DNA from: an uncultured Poribacteria bacterium
GTDB taxonomy: Bacteria > Poribacteria > WGA-4E > WGA-3G
Assembly (NCBI GenBank): GCA_951813565.1
Contig: OX638351.1
Coordinates: 96,001-160,000 of the forward strand
Length of the DNA stretch: 64,000 bases
Direction of reading: 5' to 3'
Shown here: positions 9,811-20,998 of the stretch, one piece after another
Layout of the letters: each line of letters starts with the position of its first letter
Numbering within the stretch: the stretch's first letter is position 1
Notes under the pieces: model-generated
What the model saw: only the letters and a program-made list of their open reading frames with translations
Databases searched by the model: none
What the model was told of the DNA's origin: nothing
Program-made: the position numbers and the translations under genes

Positions 9811-10529
9811 GAAGTTAGTTTAGCATTCGCATAAGGTTTGGGCAAGTGAAAAGTTTTTACATAAAGACAAAGGGCAGAAGCATTCAATTTTCGTCTAATT
9901 ATCGGTTTTAGTCGAAAAGTTGGGACCTAAAAATCGTTTCCCAGATGCACGAATTGATTGTATTTTTCTTCTCATTTTATTGGAATCATCTCCTTAAAAA
10001 GTTACCATACGGTAACTTTTTTCATACCGTGGTAACTTTTTGAAATTCACTATAAACTCAGTATCTGTAGGGGTTTATAGACATTTTATTTAAGTTTTAT
10101 ATTTTTCATCTGGGTTGAGGAACACGGGTTTCCTTTTGCTGAAGATATTTTATTTTAGTAAGTTTGCGTTGTCGTCTTTGCATTAGAGAGTTACTTTCGA
10201 TGTGTTTGGGGATCGACTTTCTCTTTTCATACTGATATTATACCTGTTTCTGTGTAGTGATCAGAGGTTTTTGTGGTATTAGGAACAATAGATATCCAAT
10301 ATATTGACAATAAGTTTGCAGGAAAAGTTTGGGTTGATACGTTTTTTGCATCTTGGATGAGTGTGCATTTTGTTGTCAGCATAATGGTTGACGCGATTTT
10401 TTGGAGTCTTGGTAAAGAAATCATTGGAGAATTGAATGCCTCTGACATAAAGGGAAATTTTATGGACAAGGTAGAAAGGGTATGTTATAATAATCAACAG
10501 TTAAGGTTATACCTAAAGGAGATGGAGAG

Positions 10530-11078
10530 ATGAACCTGAAAGCCATTTTTATACTGCTGTTTCTTTTTACAACCGTGACGCTTGCTGGATGTTATACAAA
10601 ACTCGGTTATTACGAACCAGCAAATCTCAAAGAGAAACAACACAAGCAGATGGAAAAAACCGAGAAAGAAGAGATAGAAGATGTATCCGATTCTGATGTA
10701 GAAACTGAAGGTTATTATGGACGTCGTAAGTCTACCTACAGCACTTCTTATCCTTACGCGGGTGAAACTTATTGGGTGCCTTATACACCGTATCCATCGT
10801 ATGCGTATTATCCACCAGCATATTATTCACATCCTTGGTATTACGGATATGGGTATCATAGACCTTATTACCGGTATTACAGAGGTTATTATCCGTACAC
10901 AGGTTATTATGGGGGATATTACGGTAGTACTCGTCCTGCTTCCCGTAGCACCTATAAGAGAGGTGCAGTATTGAGGGAATACCGATCTGGGAACCGTCGG
11001 GCACGAACTTCGCGTAGTGTAACTTCGTCTAACCCGCGATCTGAACGCCCACAACGGAAAGCAAGGAACAGCAATTAG
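10530..11078 (+). CDS. Tyr/Gly/Arg-rich lipoprotein
   Basis: Lipobox LAGC; low-complexity Tyr-rich centre and Arg/Ser tail; SD GGAG. Confidence 0.75.
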   Translation: MNLKAIFILLFLFTTVTLAGCYTKLGYYEPANLKEKQHKQMEKTEKEEIEDVSDSDVETEGYYGRRKSTYSTSYPYAGETYWVPYTPYPSYAYYPPAYYSHPWYYGYGYHRPYYRYYRGYYPYTGYYGGYYGSTRPASRSTYKRGAVLREYRSGNRRARTSRSVTSSNPRSERPQRKARNSN

Positions 11079-11089
11079 AATTAGCACTC

Positions 11090-12448
11090 CCCGTCAAACC
11101 CCCTGCCTTTAGGTAGGGGATGTAGACGGCGAAAGTTTTGATTTAAAATATACTTTTCAATCTAATCACAATGTGGTATAATATATCATACTATATTATA
11201 ACTCTTGAAGTGATAAAAGACTATATTGAAGGTCAAAGTGGACAATGAGAAAATCTCACAAGTTCAAACTTCAACACCAATCTAACACAATCAAACTCGG
11301 CAATATGCTTGATGATATGTGGGAAATCCATGTGCATATCATGCGTTTGGCACGTAGGTATTATCGCATGTTCGGCAAAAATTTGTCTGCGTATCGTCTG
11401 AAGGCACATGTTGCGAAACTCAAAAAAACAACTAAACCGCATTGGGCGGACTTGCCGAGTCAAGTTGTTCAAGACGTTGTCCTACGTTATGGTAAATCTC
11501 AAGACGCTTTCTTTGAGAATATCGAAGACCGAAAAGCGGGCAAAACAACGCGTAAAGTGGGTAGACCGAAAATCAAACCGAGACACAAATACAACTCCCT
11601 GACCTTCACACAAGCGGGTTACAAACTTGAAGATAATCGTATCAAGATCAACTGTATAGATACATGGTTTTCCTTTCACAAACACCGTGAAATCAAAGGG
11701 CTAATCAAGACGATCACCATCAAACGTGACAGGTGCGGTGACTATTGGATATGCTTTTCGTGTGAGAATGTTGACGATTCCGAACCTAAATCTAAGACGG
11801 GTAAGAGCGCAGGATTTGATTACGGAAACAAAACATTCCTCACAAGCGACGAAGGGGACACAATAGAATCACCAGAATTTTTCAAGCAATCACTCAACAC
11901 GTTGCAATCTCTAAACAAAAAACTGAGTCGTAAGGTTAAAGGTTCAAGCAATTGGTATCGTGCGTGCCGTGCTTTGGCAAGACAACACAGAAAGGTGGCA
12001 CGACAAAGAGAAGATTGGCAATGGAAACTTGCCTCAAAACTTTGTGTAGAGTTTGACACACTCATTTTGGAAACGCTGAACCTTGACGGTATGAAACGAT
12101 TATGGGGCGTAAAGTTTCTGACCATTCTTTCTACCAGTTTCTTCAGATATTGGAACAGAAGTGTGCGAAGCACGGCAAAAAACTTGTCCAAATCTCTCAA
12201 TGGACAGCAACAACAAAACCTTGTAGTGATTGTGGATACCATAACAAAGAACTCTCTCTTTCTGATAGACAGTGGACATGCCCCGAATGTGGCTCACACC
12301 ACGACCGAGACACCAACGCTGCTATCAATATCAAACGGGCAGGCTTGGCTGCCTAAAGTGGAGCGACAGTAAGACGGTCAACTCTCTGAGAAAACCGCAG
12401 TCGCAAGGAAGCACAAGCCCCTACCTTTAGGTAGTGGGTACCTATGAC
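11090..12448 (+). mobile_element. IS200/IS605-family tnpB-only (IS1341-like) element
   Basis: Subterminal hairpins CCCCTGCCTTTAGGTAGGGG (left) and CCCCTACCTTTAGGTAGTGGG...TGAC (right); boundaries approximate. Confidence 0.75.
11245..12356 (+). pseudogene. tnpB: TnpB RNA-guided nuclease with a 1-nt deletion in a G run at about 12103
   Basis: RuvC GFDYG and ILETL in ORF1; Zn finger CSDC..CPEC and HDRDTNAAINI in ORF 12102-12356. Confidence 0.85.
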
Positions 12449-12504
12449 CATCATGCAAAGGTGATTAAAAACAAGCAAATACGGAAAATAAAGGAGAATA
12501 TAAA

Positions 12505-13785
12505 ATGAAACGTACAATTTTGGGTGTTTTTATCTGTCTATTTGTTACGGGTTTGTTTACAGTGATGTGTCCAGCACAAGTGGAGGAGATCGCAATTGGT
12601 AACACATTTGGTGTAGGTGCGCGGTCAATGGGGATGGGCGGTGCTTCTCTGGGACTTGCCGATGATTTCACATCACTATATTGGAATCCTGCAGGGATGG
12701 CACAAATTCAGAAATTTGAATTCTTCACAAGTTTTTCACATAACACTGCAAACACTGATAGTTTTTTCTCGAGCGATGAGATTACTGGGACAAGTCGTTC
12801 ACGGGTACGTCCGAATTCAATTGGGTTTGTTTATCCGTTCCACACCCAACAGGGCGGACTCGCAATAGGATTCGGCTATAATCGTCCCCAAAACTTCGAT
12901 TATCAGACAGCGATTCAAGGAGTTGACCCAAGTTCAGGCAACCTTTATAGTGGACTTTTAGTTGATGAAACCAACATAAACTCAGGAGGCATTGGGATTT
13001 GGAGTTTTGGCGGAAGTGTATATGTCACTAAGAACTTTCTAATTGGAGGTTCCGTTGACTTTTGGAATGGACGTAGCAGTAACCAATTGGATGCAACGGC
13101 TACCGACGCGTTGAACGTTGATAGCGAGTTATCCCGTTTTAGATTTGATGACGAAATTGATCGGGAATACTCAGGCGTAGGTGGGCGAGTCGGAATTTTA
13201 GCCAACTTTACAGATGCAATCAGTCTCGGTGTGACATTGGTTGCCCCGACAGAGTTGGCAGTTGAAGAGCTTTGGCGTGAGTATACCGTTATATTTTATG
13301 ATGATGGCGAAGAGGCGTCTGATCCTGCAAATGGTGCTTTGGCGTATGATATTGAAAGACCTTTTGAGATTGGGACAGGAATTGCACTCAAACTTTTAGA
13401 TAAACATTTGATTTTGGCGGGTGATATTCAGTTAACAGATTGGCGACAGACACGTTATGATCCGACACCAGCTGAAGACATCTCAAAGAATCATTTTGAG
13501 GAATTCTATGCAACAACTTTACAGGCGAGGCTGGGTGCCGAATTCCGTATACCTATCATTGATACACATCTACGTGTCGGCTATTTCCGCGATACGATTC
13601 CGTTTACAGATACCGAAGTTGAAAATGAACGCGATTTCTTGACGGTCGGTGTAGGCAAGATTTTTGAGGATGCTCTGAAATTCGATCTTGCGTATATGTG
13701 GGGTAATTGGCAGCAGTATAGGAATGATTTGACGACGAAGCGGAATACACATCGAGTTTTCGTTTCAGGAGCATATCGGTTTTAA
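12505..13785 (+). CDS. OmpP1/FadL-family outer membrane beta-barrel
   Basis: Signal peptide; GARSMGMGGA...YWNPAG; C-terminal YRF. Confidence 0.85.
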   Translation: MKRTILGVFICLFVTGLFTVMCPAQVEEIAIGNTFGVGARSMGMGGASLGLADDFTSLYWNPAGMAQIQKFEFFTSFSHNTANTDSFFSSDEITGTSRSRVRPNSIGFVYPFHTQQGGLAIGFGYNRPQNFDYQTAIQGVDPSSGNLYSGLLVDETNINSGGIGIWSFGGSVYVTKNFLIGGSVDFWNGRSSNQLDATATDALNVDSELSRFRFDDEIDREYSGVGGRVGILANFTDAISLGVTLVAPTELAVEELWREYTVIFYDDGEEASDPANGALAYDIERPFEIGTGIALKLLDKHLILAGDIQLTDWRQTRYDPTPAEDISKNHFEEFYATTLQARLGAEFRIPIIDTHLRVGYFRDTIPFTDTEVENERDFLTVGVGKIFEDALKFDLAYMWGNWQQYRNDLTTKRNTHRVFVSGAYRF

Positions 13786-13841
13786 TTCATGCTTTTATAG
13801 TAAATTCAAAAATATGTGTACATCCCTTGTAGACGCTGTTT

Positions 13842-13881
13842 AAAAATTGAGGTCGGAGTTGAAACTCCGACCTCAATTTTT
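13842..13881. terminator. Bidirectional terminator ending the r-protein superoperon
   Basis: Perfect inverted repeat AAAAATTGAGGTCGGAGTT / AACTCCGACCTCAATTTTT. Confidence 0.85.
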
Positions 13882-13898
13882 TATAATGATGGCATTTA

Positions 13899-14300
13899 TC
13901 AAACAAGTTGAATGTAAGCCATTTGCGCACCATCGCCGCGTCTCAATTCACCACGAATAATACGGGTATAACCACCATTCCTATCTTGGTACCGGGGACC
14001 TATGTCCTCAAAAAGTTTCTGAAGGATAGCATGCTTTTGAATTGCCCCCGACTCCCCTCGACGTGGGGTATAACGTAGGTTCGTTCCATATAAAAGCCGT
14101 GCAGCGCGTCGGCGTGCATGTAAAGTGTCCTGTTTTGCGAGTGTAATGATTTTTTCCGCGACGCGTCGAAGTTCCTTGCATTTATGCAAAGTTGTCCGAA
14201 TTTGTTCATGTTCAAATAGTGCAGTGGCTTGGTTGCGGAAAAGGGCATTTCGGTGGCTTGTGGTACGCCCTAATTTTCTACCACGTTTTCTATGGCGCAT
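13899..14300 (-). CDS. rplQ: 50S ribosomal protein L17
   Basis: MRHRKRGRKLGRTTSHR...GGYTRI. Confidence 0.97.
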   Translation of the reverse strand: MRHRKRGRKLGRTTSHRNALFRNQATALFEHEQIRTTLHKCKELRRVAEKIITLAKQDTLHARRRAARLLYGTNLRYTPRRGESGAIQKHAILQKLFEDIGPRYQDRNGGYTRIIRGELRRGDGAQMAYIQLV

Positions 14301-15295
14301 TATTCTGATTCCTCCTCATCCGTGTTATCATTTTCGTCATCGCTCAAGTCCATTCCAAGAGATAACCCCATGTTGGCAAGTTGGTCTTTGATTTCATTCA
14401 GAGAAGTTCTACCGAAATTTTTGTATTCCAACATCTCTTTTTCATTTTTGACGACAAGTTCACGGATAGTTTTGATATTTGCGGTTTCAAGACAATTTCC
14501 AGCCCTGACAGAAAGCTCCAAATCAGCAACAGGTTTAGAGAGATATCTGTTCCTCAAGATTTGTGCTTCGTCAATTTCGAGTTCTGGCTCAACGTAGGTT
14601 TCGTCGAATTCGGTAAAGATATCAAGTTGACTGCGTAAAATATCCGCTGCCTGTGTAATTGCCTGCTTCGGTGTGATACTTCCATCTGTCCAGATTTCGA
14701 GATTGAGTTGATCAAAATTAGTCACATCCTCAACCCGCGTTTCACTTACCGAGAAGTTAACTTTTTCGACAGGTGAAAATTTCGCATCAACCGGAATCCA
14801 TCCGATGGGTTGTTTAGGGTCTCTATGGTCTTCTGCGAGTGAGTAGCCGCGTCCTGTTTGGACCTGGATCTCCATATCAATGCCTTGACACGTATCAAGT
14901 GTCGCGATGTGTTGGTCGGGGTTGATAATTTCAACGAGTGAATTTGGACGAATATCCGCTGCTGTCAATTCTCCTGAACCACTCGCGGTGAGTTCCAGTA
15001 TCATAGGTTCGTCTTGTAAAAGCCGAAACCGGATTGCCTTGAGGTTAAGAATTATTTGGACTACATCTTCATGAATCCCTGGAATAGTCGAATATTCATG
15101 CTTGACCTGATCGATTTGAATGGCAGTGATGGCGGCTCCTTTAATTGAAGAGAGAAGTACTCGACGAAGCGAGTTGCCCAGAGTAGTCCCAAATCCCCGT
15201 TCAAGAGGTTCTGCGGTGTACTCCGCATAATTTGGCTGTAAAGTTTCAGTATCGGCTACCAGACGCTCGGGCATTGTTAAACGCAATCTATCCAT
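14300..15295 (-). CDS. rpoA: RNA polymerase alpha subunit
   Basis: EPLERGFGTTLGNSLRRVLLSS; alpha-CTD. Confidence 0.98.
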   Translation of the reverse strand: MDRLRLTMPERLVADTETLQPNYAEYTAEPLERGFGTTLGNSLRRVLLSSIKGAAITAIQIDQVKHEYSTIPGIHEDVVQIILNLKAIRFRLLQDEPMILELTASGSGELTAADIRPNSLVEIINPDQHIATLDTCQGIDMEIQVQTGRGYSLAEDHRDPKQPIGWIPVDAKFSPVEKVNFSVSETRVEDVTNFDQLNLEIWTDGSITPKQAITQAADILRSQLDIFTEFDETYVEPELEIDEAQILRNRYLSKPVADLELSVRAGNCLETANIKTIRELVVKNEKEMLEYKNFGRTSLNEIKDQLANMGLSLGMDLSDDENDNTDEEESE

Positions 15296-15724
15296 CGATT
15301 TCCTCCTATCAGCTTAAGTTGTTCTAATAAGCAGAGTCAAACAGGTTTCAGCCAGAAACAATTTTCCTTCACGGGTATTGTGCATGGAATAAAGTGGCTT
15401 TTCGGAACAGTGAATGTTATTTTCCAGTATGTACTCGTTATAACTATCTGTTATCCCGGACACGTCTATATACGGTAATCATTTAGAGTTGTGCTAAACA
15501 ACAAGTAAAGTCCATAACAGTAAGAAGTTGTGAAAACAACTTGAATTGTCTCTTGGAGTTTTACAAAGGTAAGGTGAATTCCAGTATTTTATATTATACT
15601 GCTATGGCGAACCGCCGGCTTACCGATTCCGAATTTGAACGAATCAACCACGAATATCGTATGGTCCATGGTCGTCGGGTAGATCAAATTCGGATTGACA
15701 ATCAAGAGGCAAATTAGTTAGGCA

Positions 15725-16357
15725 CTATTTAGAGTACAATTCAATAATTAGCTGTGTGTCCAACTCTGCTGCAATATGTTCAACAATTGGGGATCCTTGC
15801 ACTCGTCCTTCAGGCTTATCAGAATCAATTTCGAGCCATTCTGGTGCGCCCCGTTGCTTTGAAAATTCTAATGCCTCTTGAATCGTGATGCTTTCGCGAC
15901 TCTTTTCGCGTGGGGTGATAACATCTCCGATTTCAACCAGATAGGAAGGGATATTGACGCGCTTCCCATTGACAGTGAAATGGTTATGTTTCACCAATTG
16001 TCGAGCTTGTTTCCGTGATGTCGCAAACCCCAATCGATAAACCACATTGTCTAAGCGGCGTTCAAGGAGAGCGATTAAATTCTCGCCAGTGATGCCGGTT
16101 TGGCGTGCCGCTTTGAAGTAATAGTTGCGAAACTGTTTTTCAAAAACACCATAGATTCGCTTTGCTTTTTGTTTGGTACGTAATTGCCGTCGAAAGTCAC
16201 CACGAGCGCGTGTAGGGGGTTTTTGCCCATGGTCGCCAGGTGGATAACTCCGCCGTTCAAAGGAACATTTCGGGCCGAGGCACCTGCGTCCTTTCAGAAA
16301 AAGTTTTTCACCCTCTCGACGGCATAACTTACAGACAGAATCTAAATATCTACTCAT
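15725..16357 (-). CDS. rpsD: 30S ribosomal protein S4 (Zn-ribbon type)
   Basis: CKLCRREG; LERRLDNVVYR. Confidence 0.98.
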   Translation of the reverse strand: MSRYLDSVCKLCRREGEKLFLKGRRCLGPKCSFERRSYPPGDHGQKPPTRARGDFRRQLRTKQKAKRIYGVFEKQFRNYYFKAARQTGITGENLIALLERRLDNVVYRLGFATSRKQARQLVKHNHFTVNGKRVNIPSYLVEIGDVITPREKSRESITIQEALEFSKQRGAPEWLEIDSDKPEGRVQGSPIVEHIAAELDTQLIIELYSK

Positions 16358-16370
16358 GTATCTCCTTGGT

Positions 16371-16742
16371 TTACACCCGTCGTCTTTTCGGGGGACGACA
16401 CCCGTTGTGTGGGATAGGTGTCATGTCCTTCATCAAAGTAATTTCTAGGCCCGCAGCGGCAAGCGCGCGAATTGACGATTCTCGCCCTGATCCGGGACCT
16501 TTGACTCTCACTTCAACCCGTTTCATACCGTGTTCCATAGCTTTTCTGGCACATGCTTCGGCTGTCTGTTGTGCAGCAAAGGGTGTTGACTTACGCGAAC
16601 CAGGGAACGTCATTCCTGCACTCGCCCAAGCAACTGTATTGCCGTTAGGATCGGTGATAGTCACAATTGTATTATTGAACGTAGCCTGGATATGGGCAAT
16701 GCCTTCAGGCACATTTTTTCGTTCCCGTCTTCGTGAACGCAA
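16371..16742 (-). CDS. rpsK: 30S ribosomal protein S11
   Basis: [23 protein letters not shown] start. Confidence 0.97.
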   Translation of the reverse strand: MRSRRRERKNVPEGIAHIQATFNNTIVTITDPNGNTVAWASAGMTFPGSRKSTPFAAQQTAEACARKAMEHGMKRVEVRVKGPGSGRESSIRALAAAGLEITLMKDMTPIPHNGCRPPKRRRV

Positions 16743-16898
16743 ACTGTTTCTCCTTTACAAAACTTTTGAGACGCTGTAGAATACGCAGCGTCCGTAAACA
16801 AGTTGCTCTAAAACGAGCTCCACTAATATATAACAGCACGTTCGCAGCGATTGTTTCTTGCAAAAAAGAAATAGCGTCGATGCGAAACGCTGTATAAA

Positions 16899-17294
16899 TC
16901 AACCGGCTTTGCGTGCTGTTTCTTTCGCTTTTCTACCTACAGAAATCGTACGTGCTTTACCTTTACGTGTGCGGGCATTCGTATTTGTGCGTTGTCCTCG
17001 CACAGGTAACTGCCGTCGATGACGTAGACCACGATAACTGTTAATATCCATAAGCCGTTTAATATTCTGGTCAACTTCGCGGCGCAGGTCACCTTCAACC
17101 TGATATTCTTCTGTGATTTTATCTCGGAGTTGACTGACTTCATTTTCAGCTAAAGCATCAACCTTCTTAGCTGGGTCAATGTTAAGATCGGTGACGATCT
17201 GCGATGCTGTATAACGACCAATACCGTAAATAGCAGTCAACGCAATATCAATCCGTTTGTTACGAGGTAGATCCACTCCTGCTATACGTGCCAT
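16899..17294 (-). CDS. rpsM: 30S ribosomal protein S13
   Basis: [17 protein letters not shown]. Confidence 0.98.
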   Translation of the reverse strand: MARIAGVDLPRNKRIDIALTAIYGIGRYTASQIVTDLNIDPAKKVDALAENEVSQLRDKITEEYQVEGDLRREVDQNIKRLMDINSYRGLRHRRQLPVRGQRTNTNARTRKGKARTISVGRKAKETARKAG

Positions 17295-17321
17295 GGTTTC
17301 CTCCTTATATGTAGAACAAGA

Positions 17322-17438
17322 TTATCCTTGTCGTTGTTTGTGCTTCGGATTTGAAGGACAGATAACGCGGACAACGCCTTTTCTCTTAATAATTTTGCAA
17401 CGGTTACACATTTTCTTGACAGATGGTCGGACTTTCAT
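17322..17438 (-). CDS. rpmJ: 50S ribosomal protein L36 (38 aa, not in the ORF track)
   Basis: Manual translation [38 protein letters not shown]. Confidence 0.95.
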   Translation of the reverse strand: MKVRPSVKKMCNRCKIIKRKGVVRVICPSNPKHKQRQG

Positions 17439-17523
17439 AGTTTTTCCTTCAAATTTGTTTGTCGTAAATGCACTTCACAACCAAGTTCTTCTATACAGCG
17501 GACATGTCTGTGGTGTTGTGCTG

Positions 17524-18876
17524 TTATCTTCTTGATCGTCCTTTCAAACGTCTATCTTTTAAAAATCCATCATAATGACGCATCGTTAAGTAAGATTCAA
17601 TTTGTGACACGGTATCCAATACAACGCCTACAACAATCAAAACGGAAGCACCTTCAACCATTCCACCAACGCCAAGCCAACTGGTGATAGAAATAGGAAT
17701 TACAGCAATTCCTGCAAGGAACAAAGCACCAGGGAGCGTAATACGGGTTAACGTGGTGTTGATATAATCTGCTGTCTGTTTTCCAGGACGAAGTCCAGGG
17801 ATAAAGCCTCCGTATTTCTGCAAGTCCTCTGCCATTTGGACAGGGTTAATTTGGACTGCTGTGTAGAAATACGTAAATCCTATGATTAACAACGCATAAA
17901 TAGAGAGATACAAAAAGGTTGGATTTCCCGGATCCATCAAGGTTGCCAAAACCGCGACCCATGTCCAGTCTTGTGGCAACATACCGATAATTACGCCTGG
18001 GAACGTCATCAACGTGATAGCGAAGATAATTGGAATCATTCCTGCAGTGTTAACGCGTAGCGGCAAGTGCATTGCGCGTCCACCAAACACTTTTCCACCT
18101 CGTATCTGCCTACCGTATTGAACTGGAATCTTGCGGACAGAAAGATGGATAAAGATTGTGCCTGCCACAGCGATGACAATAAGGGCAAGTAACATAGCGA
18201 GCTGGGCAAGTCCAAAATTCGTATTTTGGAACAGATTCCTGAAAACTGTTGCTACACCATTGGGAAATCCTGCCATAATACCGACAGTAATAATTATTGA
18301 GATCCCTTGTCCAATACCGCGTTCAGTAATTTGTTCACCGAGCCACATGACAAAAGCAGTGCCTGCGGTCAGTGTTAAGACCGCCAAGGCATGCCACCAC
18401 ATGGTCGGATTGTCTACTATAGTACCAGCACCACCTCCGATGAGTTGTCCTGGGTTTCTCAACAAAATTGTAATCATTATACCTTGGACAATGCTGAGGA
18501 GAACGGTACCGTAGCGGGTGTACTGGGTAATTTTCTTGCGCCCATCCGGTTCCTTAGAAAGTTTTTCAAGGGATGGAACAATGACAGCAAGAAGCTGCAT
18601 AATAATTGACGCACTGATATAGGGTTGAATACCGAGTGCGAAGATTGTCATCTGGCTAAATGCCCCACCAGAGAAGATATTGATCAACGCCAGAACATTT
18701 CCTGTTCCCTCATTCGTTTCCATGAGTTGTTTAAAGAAATCTTCAAGTGCGCCATCATTGATTCCAGGCAGCGTAATGTGAGCGCCGAGTCGATAAACGA
18801 TCAAAAGTAATACAGTAAAAATAATGCGCTTGCGTAATTCAGGGATTTTAAAAGCATTTTGAATTGGCTTAATCAC
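17524..18876 (-). CDS. secY: Preprotein translocase SecY
   Basis: FALGIQPYISASII; GGFIPGLRPG. Confidence 0.98.
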   Translation of the reverse strand: MIKPIQNAFKIPELRKRIIFTVLLLIVYRLGAHITLPGINDGALEDFFKQLMETNEGTGNVLALINIFSGGAFSQMTIFALGIQPYISASIIMQLLAVIVPSLEKLSKEPDGRKKITQYTRYGTVLLSIVQGIMITILLRNPGQLIGGGAGTIVDNPTMWWHALAVLTLTAGTAFVMWLGEQITERGIGQGISIIITVGIMAGFPNGVATVFRNLFQNTNFGLAQLAMLLALIVIAVAGTIFIHLSVRKIPVQYGRQIRGGKVFGGRAMHLPLRVNTAGMIPIIFAITLMTFPGVIIGMLPQDWTWVAVLATLMDPGNPTFLYLSIYALLIIGFTYFYTAVQINPVQMAEDLQKYGGFIPGLRPGKQTADYINTTLTRITLPGALFLAGIAVIPISITSWLGVGGMVEGASVLIVVGVVLDTVSQIESYLTMRHYDGFLKDRRLKGRSRR

Positions 18877-19323
18877 TTAAATCACCTCGGCTGTGCCGCC
18901 TTTAGCTTCAATCTTTTCAATGGCTGATTTTGAAAAGCGATGTGCGCGCACGTTCAACCGTTTGTCAAGTTCACCGTCCCCGAGTATTTTTATGAGAGCA
19001 TTTTTTCGTTTGATGATGCCGACTTCGCGAAGGAGTTCAGGATTTACCTCAACCGCCTCATCAAATAGATTAAGGGTTTTGATATTAACGACATCGTACT
19101 CTATACGTTTATGTCCGAGTCTCCGGGGACCGCGCTTTGGAAGACGTCTAACCAAAGGCATCTGACCACCTTCAAACCAAGCGGGGATCGAACTGCCAGA
19201 GCGCGATTTTTGTCCTTTATGCCCACGACCACAGGTGCCACCATACCCGGAGCCACGACCACGACCAACACGTTTTCGGTTACGGTTTGACCCAGGGGCA
19301 GGTTTGAGTTCGTTGAGTTTCAT
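18877..19323 (-). CDS. rplO: 50S ribosomal protein L15
   Basis: [20 protein letters not shown]. Confidence 0.98.
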   Translation of the reverse strand: MKLNELKPAPGSNRNRKRVGRGRGSGYGGTCGRGHKGQKSRSGSSIPAWFEGGQMPLVRRLPKRGPRRLGHKRIEYDVVNIKTLNLFDEAVEVNPELLREVGIIKRKNALIKILGDGELDKRLNVRAHRFSKSAIEKIEAKGGTAEVI

Positions 19324-19358
19324 TGAATCTATTATTCCTTAGATGTGACTGAGTAGAC

Positions 19359-19889
19359 TCAGTTGTTAGATTTTTTAGTTCGTTTATGTAAGATTTCTTC
19401 AACTGTTTTGCCTCGAATTCGTGCCACTTCATTGACATCCTTGAGACTTTTCAAACCCATCATCGTAGCCTCAGCAATATTCTTGACATTTCTTGAAGAG
19501 AGACATTTTGTAAGTGCGTCTCGGACACCCGCATATTCCAAAATTGCGCGCGTAGCATGCCCAGCGATAATACCGGTCCCGGGACTCGCCGGTTTAAGTA
19601 AAACTTTGGCAGATTTAAATTCACAGATAATTTCATGCGGGAGAGTTCCATCAGACAGCGGCACACGAATCAAGTTTTTCCGAGCATCGGCGAAACTTTT
19701 CCGAAGCGCACCAGCAATTTCGCTTGCACTCCCAAAACCGATTCCAACGATGCCGTCTCGATTGCCAACGACAGAAAGGGTGTTAAAACTTGGGGTTCTT
19801 CTCCCTTTACCAACACGCATGACCCGATTTATGTCAATAGGTCGCTCTTCAAATTCATAATCTTCAGGATTGATTTTTTCCTTTAGCAA
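19359..19889 (-). CDS. rpsE: 30S ribosomal protein S5
   Basis: VVGNRDG; PASPGTGIIAG; operon position. Confidence 0.95.
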   Translation of the reverse strand: MLKEKINPEDYEFEERPIDINRVMRVGKGRRTPSFNTLSVVGNRDGIVGIGFGSASEIAGALRKSFADARKNLIRVPLSDGTLPHEIICEFKSAKVLLKPASPGTGIIAGHATRAILEYAGVRDALTKCLSSRNVKNIAEATMMGLKSLKDVNEVARIRGKTVEEILHKRTKKSNN

Positions 19890-19923
19890 AAAAGTCTCCT
19901 TTCAAGGGGCAAACCCCGGACAG

Positions 19924-20292
19924 TTAAAACTTGAGTCCCTCTTCCCTTGCAGCTTCAGCGAGGGCTTTAACCCGACCATGATAAAGATAACCGCTGCGGT
20001 CGAATACAACTCCCTCAATCTGATGTTCCTTTGCCTTTTGCGCGATGAGTTGACCAACGCTTTGAGCAACTTGTATTTTTCCACTGTCTGAGGTATTTCC
20101 CTTTACTTCAGTGGATAAACTGGAAGCATGGGCAAGCGTTTTACCATTCTCATCATCAATAATTTGGGCATAGATATGTTTTAAACTTCTATTTACAGAG
20201 AGTCGGGGACGCTCGCTTGTGCCGTTGATCTTGCGGCGAACTCTTTTCTTGCGCCGCAGATAACTCATCTGTTTTCTCTTCGTCTTTTCCAA
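19924..20292 (-). CDS. rplR: 50S ribosomal protein L18
   Basis: [19 protein letters not shown]. Confidence 0.97.
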   Translation of the reverse strand: MEKTKRKQMSYLRRKKRVRRKINGTSERPRLSVNRSLKHIYAQIIDDENGKTLAHASSLSTEVKGNTSDSGKIQVAQSVGQLIAQKAKEHQIEGVVFDRSGYLYHGRVKALAEAAREEGLKF

Positions 20293-20362
20293 CGGATTTC
20301 CTCCACAGCTAAACTCTAAAGTTATACTTGATAACGCGCCTCTTTATAGTGTTCAATATTAT

Positions 20363-20938
20363 CTATCCAGCAGCAGCAGCAGCCTTTCCTTCTTTGTCGC
20401 GGACGCGCTCGCCATCGTACCGGATACCTTTACAAGGCTTATAGGTTTCGGGTTTCTTAACTTGACGAATAGAAGCAGCAACCTGCCCTACTACTTGTTT
20501 ATCAATTCCACTCACCAGAATAGGAGTGTGCGTCTGACCATCAATATTCTCCGAAGGTTCAACAGTTAATGTTATTCCTTCTGGAGGCGTGAAGGTTACA
20601 GAATGTGAATATCCAACATCAAGGGTCAAAACATTTTGACGATTAACCTCGGCACGGTATCCTGTGCCAACAACGCGCAATTTCTTCTCAAAACCTTCCG
20701 AAACACCTGTCACCATATTCGAGATGAGACTGCGTGCTAAACCGTGTAATGCTTTTTGTTGTTTCTCATCGTTAGCGCGTGTGACCGTGATAACGTTTTC
20801 TTCAATATTCGCATCAATTCCTTGTGGGATAATCCAATTCAATGTACCTTTGGGACCCTCTATCAGGACCTCACTGTCGTTGAAAGCAACTTTCACCGAA
20901 CTTGGAATTGGAATCGGAATTTGTCCAATGCGTGACAT
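20363..20938 (-). CDS. rplF: 50S ribosomal protein L6
   Basis: MSRIG; GIDKQVVGQVAA. Confidence 0.97.
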   Translation of the reverse strand: MSRIGQIPIPIPSSVKVAFNDSEVLIEGPKGTLNWIIPQGIDANIEENVITVTRANDEKQQKALHGLARSLISNMVTGVSEGFEKKLRVVGTGYRAEVNRQNVLTLDVGYSHSVTFTPPEGITLTVEPSENIDGQTHTPILVSGIDKQVVGQVAASIRQVKKPETYKPCKGIRYDGERVRDKEGKAAAAAG

Positions 20939-20998
20939 TCTATTTCTCCAATTTACATTTTCAACTTGTAGAGACGCTGTGAAGTACTCAACATGTAA

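Noticed and set aside
10273..10533. 86-aa ORF upstream of the lipoprotein
   Set aside because: No SD or motifs, and it overlaps the probable promoter region of 10530
12100..12110. Programmed frameshift in tnpB
   Set aside because: Simple loss of one G in a G run; the same pattern occurs at the LamG tail (~51815) and the IS1595 shift is in a GA run, so sequencing indels or decay are more likely
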